DNA from: Candidatus Omnitrophota bacterium
GTDB lineage: Bacteria > Omnitrophota > Omnitrophia > Omnitrophales > Aquincolibacteriaceae
Length of the DNA: 64,000 nt
Assembly (NCBI GenBank): GCA_903856085.1
Contig: CAIOAT010000028.1
Span: 2,676-66,675 of the forward strand
Direction: 5' to 3'
Part shown: positions 60,093 to 64,000 of the stretch, piece after piece
Layout of the letters: each line of letters starts with the position of its first letter
Numbering within the stretch: the first letter of the stretch is position 1
Made by a program: the position numbers and the translations under genes
The notes under the pieces: generated by a model
Database searches by the model: none
Seen by the model: the letters and a program-made list of their open reading frames with translations, nothing else
What the model was told of the DNA's origin: nothing

Positions 60093-62123
60093 ATGACTGA
60101 GTTCAAACTTGTTTCGTCGATGCGCCCCAAGGGCGATCAGCCCTATGCCATCCAGAAGTTGGTGGAAGGATTTTCGGCTGGGAAAAAAGAACAAGTCCTC
60201 AAAGGTGTGACAGGCTCGGGGAAGACTTTCACCATGGCGCATGTGATCGCCCAGCTTGGCAAGCCCACGCTTTTGATCTCGCACAATAAAACCCTCGCGG
60301 CGCAGCTTTATTCCGAGCTCAAGGAATTCTTTCCCGCGAACGCTGTCGAATATTTTGTGTCCTATTACGATTATTACCAGCCTGAGGCGTATATCCCGCA
60401 TACGGATACCTACATTGAAAAAGATGCCTCGATCAATGAGGACCTTGACCGCTTGCGCCTTTCTGCCACCAGCTCCATCCTTTCACGCAAGGACTGTATT
60501 GTCGTCTCAAGTGTTTCCTGTATCTACGGCCTCGGAGCGCCGGAGGATTGGCAGGGACTTCTTGTCACGATCATCAAGGGTGAGCTCGCGGACCGGGACA
60601 AATTCCTGTCAAGTCTGATTAGTCTCCAGTATGAAAGGGTTGACACCGAACTCCGGCGAGGAACCTTTCGGGTGCGCGGCGGCAGGATCGATCTTCTTCC
60701 GTCGTACGGACAAAATCCCTATCGCATCGATTTCGGGCCCGAAACGATCGAGGGGATCACGCTTCTTGATCCGGTGAAGCTGACAGCCCTCCGCGAGATC
60801 GAAAAACTCGCGATCTATCCCGCCAAGCATTTTGTGACCCCGGGTGATCGTCTCGAAGCTGCGATCGTTTCGATCGAGCAGGAAATGAAAGAACATGTCA
60901 AGCTGCTCATGTCCGAAGGGAAGGACCTGGAAGCCAAACGCCTGGAATCGCGTACCCAATATGACTTGGAGATGCTTAAAGAAGTCGGCTATTGCTCCGG
61001 TGTTGAGAATTATTCACGCCATCTTTCTGGCCGTGCAGCGGGCTCTACGCCTTACACCCTCATCGATTACTTTCCCAAGGATTTTCTCGTCATTATCGAC
61101 GAGTCGCATCAAAGCGTGCCGCAGATCCGGGGTATGTTCAATGGTGACGCTTCACGTAAGAAAGTTCTGGTGGATCACGGGTTCCGCTTGCCCTCCGCTC
61201 TCGATAACCGTCCGCTCAGGTTCCCGGAATTTGAAGCTAAATTAAATCAATGTCTCTATGTCTCGGCAACGCCGGGGCCTTACGAGATGGGTCGTGTGCA
61301 GGAAGTGACCGAGCAGATGATCCGACCGACAGGGCTGATCGATCCTGAGATCGAGGTCCGCAAGACCGAGGGGCAGATCGATGACTTAATTAAGGAAGTT
61401 CGGGAGCGGGCGGATAAATCGGAACGGACAATCGTGACCACGCTCACGAAGAAAATGGCCGAGGATCTGAGCCGGTATCTCAAAGAGCTTGGGATCAAGG
61501 TGAATTACATTCATTCCGAATTCGACGCGTTCGAGAGGGTCGAGATCCTTCGGGACTTTCGTCTTAAGAAATACGATTGCGTGATCGGTGTAAATCTTTT
61601 GCGCGAAGGACTGGACCTCCCAGAGGTATCCCTTGTGATTGTGCTCGATGCCGACAAGGAAGGGTTTCTCCGCAGCGATGTCTCGCTCATCCAGATCGCG
61701 GGCCGTGCCGCGCGCCACATCAACGGAAAAGTCATCATGTATGGGGATAAAGTGACAGATTCTATGAAACGGGCGATCGACGAGACTGCGCGCCGCCGAA
61801 AAATTCAGGAAGAATACAACCGCGTTAACAAGATCACGCCGGTCTCGATCAAAAAAGAGATCAAGGACGGGATCGAACAGTGGAAAAAGGCCGAGGAATT
61901 CGTCCATGATGTGGTCCATGAATCCGGAAAGGAATACGAGGCGAAGAACTATCTCGCATTCTTGAAGCAACGCATGGAAGCTTGCGCCCGGGCCCTGGAG
62001 TTCGACAAAGCCGCTCGTTATCGCGATGAGATCCGCCGTTTAGAAGGGGAAACCGGACTCAAAGGAAGTGTTCTTGCGGGAGTGAAGAGCCGCGGAAGCA
62101 AACGATCCAAGACCCGGCGCTAA
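60093..62123 (+). CDS. uvrB: Excinuclease ABC subunit B
   Basis: GVTGSGKT, YYDYYQPEAY, DESH and a UVR domain. Confidence 0.98.
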   Translation: MTEFKLVSSMRPKGDQPYAIQKLVEGFSAGKKEQVLKGVTGSGKTFTMAHVIAQLGKPTLLISHNKTLAAQLYSELKEFFPANAVEYFVSYYDYYQPEAYIPHTDTYIEKDASINEDLDRLRLSATSSILSRKDCIVVSSVSCIYGLGAPEDWQGLLVTIIKGELADRDKFLSSLISLQYERVDTELRRGTFRVRGGRIDLLPSYGQNPYRIDFGPETIEGITLLDPVKLTALREIEKLAIYPAKHFVTPGDRLEAAIVSIEQEMKEHVKLLMSEGKDLEAKRLESRTQYDLEMLKEVGYCSGVENYSRHLSGRAAGSTPYTLIDYFPKDFLVIIDESHQSVPQIRGMFNGDASRKKVLVDHGFRLPSALDNRPLRFPEFEAKLNQCLYVSATPGPYEMGRVQEVTEQMIRPTGLIDPEIEVRKTEGQIDDLIKEVRERADKSERTIVTTLTKKMAEDLSRYLKELGIKVNYIHSEFDAFERVEILRDFRLKKYDCVIGVNLLREGLDLPEVSLVIVLDADKEGFLRSDVSLIQIAGRAARHINGKVIMYGDKVTDSMKRAIDETARRRKIQEEYNRVNKITPVSIKKEIKDGIEQWKKAEEFVHDVVHESGKEYEAKNYLAFLKQRMEACARALEFDKAARYRDEIRRLEGETGLKGSVLAGVKSRGSKRSKTRR

Positions 62124-62156
62124 AAAAAGCGTAGAACCGGGCCTGCTTGGTTCCTA

Positions 62157-63998
62157 CTAACGGGATAATTTAAAGCTCAACAGGGATTCCTTCAGCTTTG
62201 AGAGGTTCATCAAAGGGAGGATATTGGAGTATCCGTCAGTCCAGAGGCGGTGCTGCTCCTTAATGAAGTAGACCAGCGGGTACCAACTGAGATCCACCAC
62301 CAGTTTCTGGAATTGTCCCTTGTCCCACGCAAAAACCACCCAGGCGGAGCCCGTCCCGTAAGGCTGCCCCGAAGTCGCCCGGAAACCCGCGTAGGCCTGG
62401 AAAACCTTGGCGGCGTAGGTGAGGACCGGTTCCAGCCGTATATATCGGTTCGAGATATGGAACAGGATGATCCCTCCTTGGTTCAAATGCTGGGCGTAGA
62501 GGTTGATCGCCTCGACGGTTAAAAGATGGAAGGGAATGGAGTCTCCGCCGAAGGCATCCACGATCAGAAGATCGTATTTCCGGTCGTGGGCTTTGGCCAG
62601 TGTCTGGCGTGCGTCTCCGAAAAAGAAGCGGATCTTCCCTCGGGCACCCTCAAGATACGAAAAGTATTTCTTCGCGATGGTGTACACATCCGGATCGAGT
62701 TCGTAATAATCCATCGTTTGATCGGGGTGAGTGTAGATCGCCAGCGTTCCGGCACCGAGCCCGATGACGGCGATATTCTTGAAATTGAACTTGTCCGAGG
62801 AGAGGACTTCGCCCACCGGCGACGTCCGGCTGAACATGCAGCTCGGTTCCAGCCGGAGTTGCTCCGAGGTGAACTGCATCCCGTGCATGGTCGTTCCGTG
62901 GATCAGGAGCCGCGCACCTTTAAAATCCTTCACTTCGTAAACACCGTAGTAGTTTCTGTGTTTATATACACACCCGTAGTGACCGGTAAGATCGGAAGCC
63001 CAGAAGAATACCAACAGGAGAGGAACGACTCCCATGGACCAGGTCCGTACACGGCTCCAAAAACTCGAACGGGTGCCACCGGCCTCTCGCGCGATCATCC
63101 AGACCGCGAGTACGACAAAAGTGAGTCCCACGAGGTATTCGATCACAGACCTTGAGACGAGTGGCATGACCCAACTTGTAAGTATCCCGCCAAGGAATCC
63201 TCCCAGAGAGATCATGAGATAGAACTTTGTCAGTTCTCCTTCGGCGGACGGGCGCCGCGCGGCCAGCCGGTTTTGACAGTAGAGGCATATCAAAAAAAGT
63301 GTCCCGCATAAAAGAGCTAGCTCAATGACTGCCGAAGAGCCTTTGTTCTGGATGACAAGGAAAAGAAGACTGCTTGCTGCAAGGATGATGGGAATATTTT
63401 TTCTGAGCCATTCGGGGCACCACGGGGAAGGTTTGAAGCTCAAGATAAAAGCCAGGATGTAAATGCCGAGAGGAATGACCCACAGAAGTGGCAAGGGAAC
63501 GATCGTAAACGTCATCACGCTCGTGACGGACATGAACATGATGACACCTGCCGCACTCAGAAGTAGCCAGATGAGTACATCCCTGAGGGGAGTAACTATT
63601 ACGGCGGTCGCTGTCGGTTTTTTCCGGGTTTCGGTTTGTGTTGTCAGCGGAACGAGAAAAAAAAGAAGGGTATTCAGAGCTGCAAGCACGGCGTAGCCAA
63701 TCCGCCACATCTGCAGTTGCAACGGCAGGTCGAACAGGACCTCGAAGAGAAACGGATAGGTCAGAAGCGCTCCGAGCGAACCGGCGTTCGAGGTGGCGTA
63801 GAGGGCGTATGGGTTCGAGCGTTCTTTCAGGGAAGAGGCCGACAGCCACACCTGCAGGGCCACGCTCATAGTAGAAAGGACAAAAAAGACCGGGCCGATC
63901 GTGACAACGAGGCGCAGGAAGACGTCGCCCGCAAGGAATAGCGAACCGCTTTCCGTTCCGATCTTCAACATCCTTCCCGGAAAAACCAGGAGGGGGAG
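62157..63998 (-). CDS. Membrane protein fused to a spermidine-synthase-like SAM-dependent domain; 5' end beyond the window
   Basis: NPYALYATSNAGS, HGTTMHG, IGLGAG, GDAR, VDAF and HISNR; the frame stays open to the window edge. Confidence 0.85.
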   Translation of the reverse strand, partial: LPLLVFPGRMLKIGTESGSLFLAGDVFLRLVVTIGPVFFVLSTMSVALQVWLSASSLKERSNPYALYATSNAGSLGALLTYPFLFEVLFDLPLQLQMWRIGYAVLAALNTLLFFLVPLTTQTETRKKPTATAVIVTPLRDVLIWLLLSAAGVIMFMSVTSVMTFTIVPLPLLWVIPLGIYILAFILSFKPSPWCPEWLRKNIPIILAASSLLFLVIQNKGSSAVIELALLCGTLFLICLYCQNRLAARRPSAEGELTKFYLMISLGGFLGGILTSWVMPLVSRSVIEYLVGLTFVVLAVWMIAREAGGTRSSFWSRVRTWSMGVVPLLLVFFWASDLTGHYGCVYKHRNYYGVYEVKDFKGARLLIHGTTMHGMQFTSEQLRLEPSCMFSRTSPVGEVLSSDKFNFKNIAVIGLGAGTLAIYTHPDQTMDYYELDPDVYTIAKKYFSYLEGARGKIRFFFGDARQTLAKAHDRKYDLLIVDAFGGDSIPFHLLTVEAINLYAQHLNQGGIILFHISNRYIRLEPVLTYAAKVFQAYAGFRATSGQPYGTGSAWVVFAWDKGQFQKLVVDLSWYPLVYFIKEQHRLWTDGYSNILPLMNLSKLKESLLSFKLSR

Positions 63999-64000
63999 AA

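Overview
A 64 kb bacterial chromosomal window from a diderm, probably a PVC-superphylum organism such as Ca. Omnitrophota (inferred from gene content only). The left end carries an orphan ORF, a short tandem-repeat block and an AbiE type IV toxin-antitoxin pair. A housekeeping run follows: two sugar ABC permeases, glmU, prs, rplY, pth, rpsF, ssb, rpsR, a frameshifted rplI, dnaB, bamA, skp, lpxC-fabZ, lpxA and lpxI. A ~14 kb nitrogen island (18.5-32.9 kb) holds a NifA-like GAF/sigma54 activator, a type III glutamine synthetase, two amtB-glnK pairs, a c-di-AMP-riboswitch-led KimA/KUP-like K+ transporter, and an operon encoding an APC permease fused to a PII domain, a free PII, a stand-alone copy of the activator's DNA-binding HTH and an outer-membrane porin. 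The island has five -24/-12 promoters, each next to paired ACA-N4-TGT boxes. The rest contains carAB, an RlpA-like gene behind a variant c-di-GMP-I riboswitch, lpxB, a gnnA-like gene, msbA, a 1808-aa multidomain glycoside hydrolase, hom-thrC-(degenerate apgM)-lysC, cimA, valS with in-frame repeat insertions, nadC, uvrB and a 5'-truncated membrane/spermidine-synthase-like gene. No rRNA, tRNA, CRISPR array, integrase or transposase was recognised. The strongest candidate for an undescribed system is the APC-PII fusion operon with its mini-HTH regulator. All family assignments come from motif recognition, not database searches.
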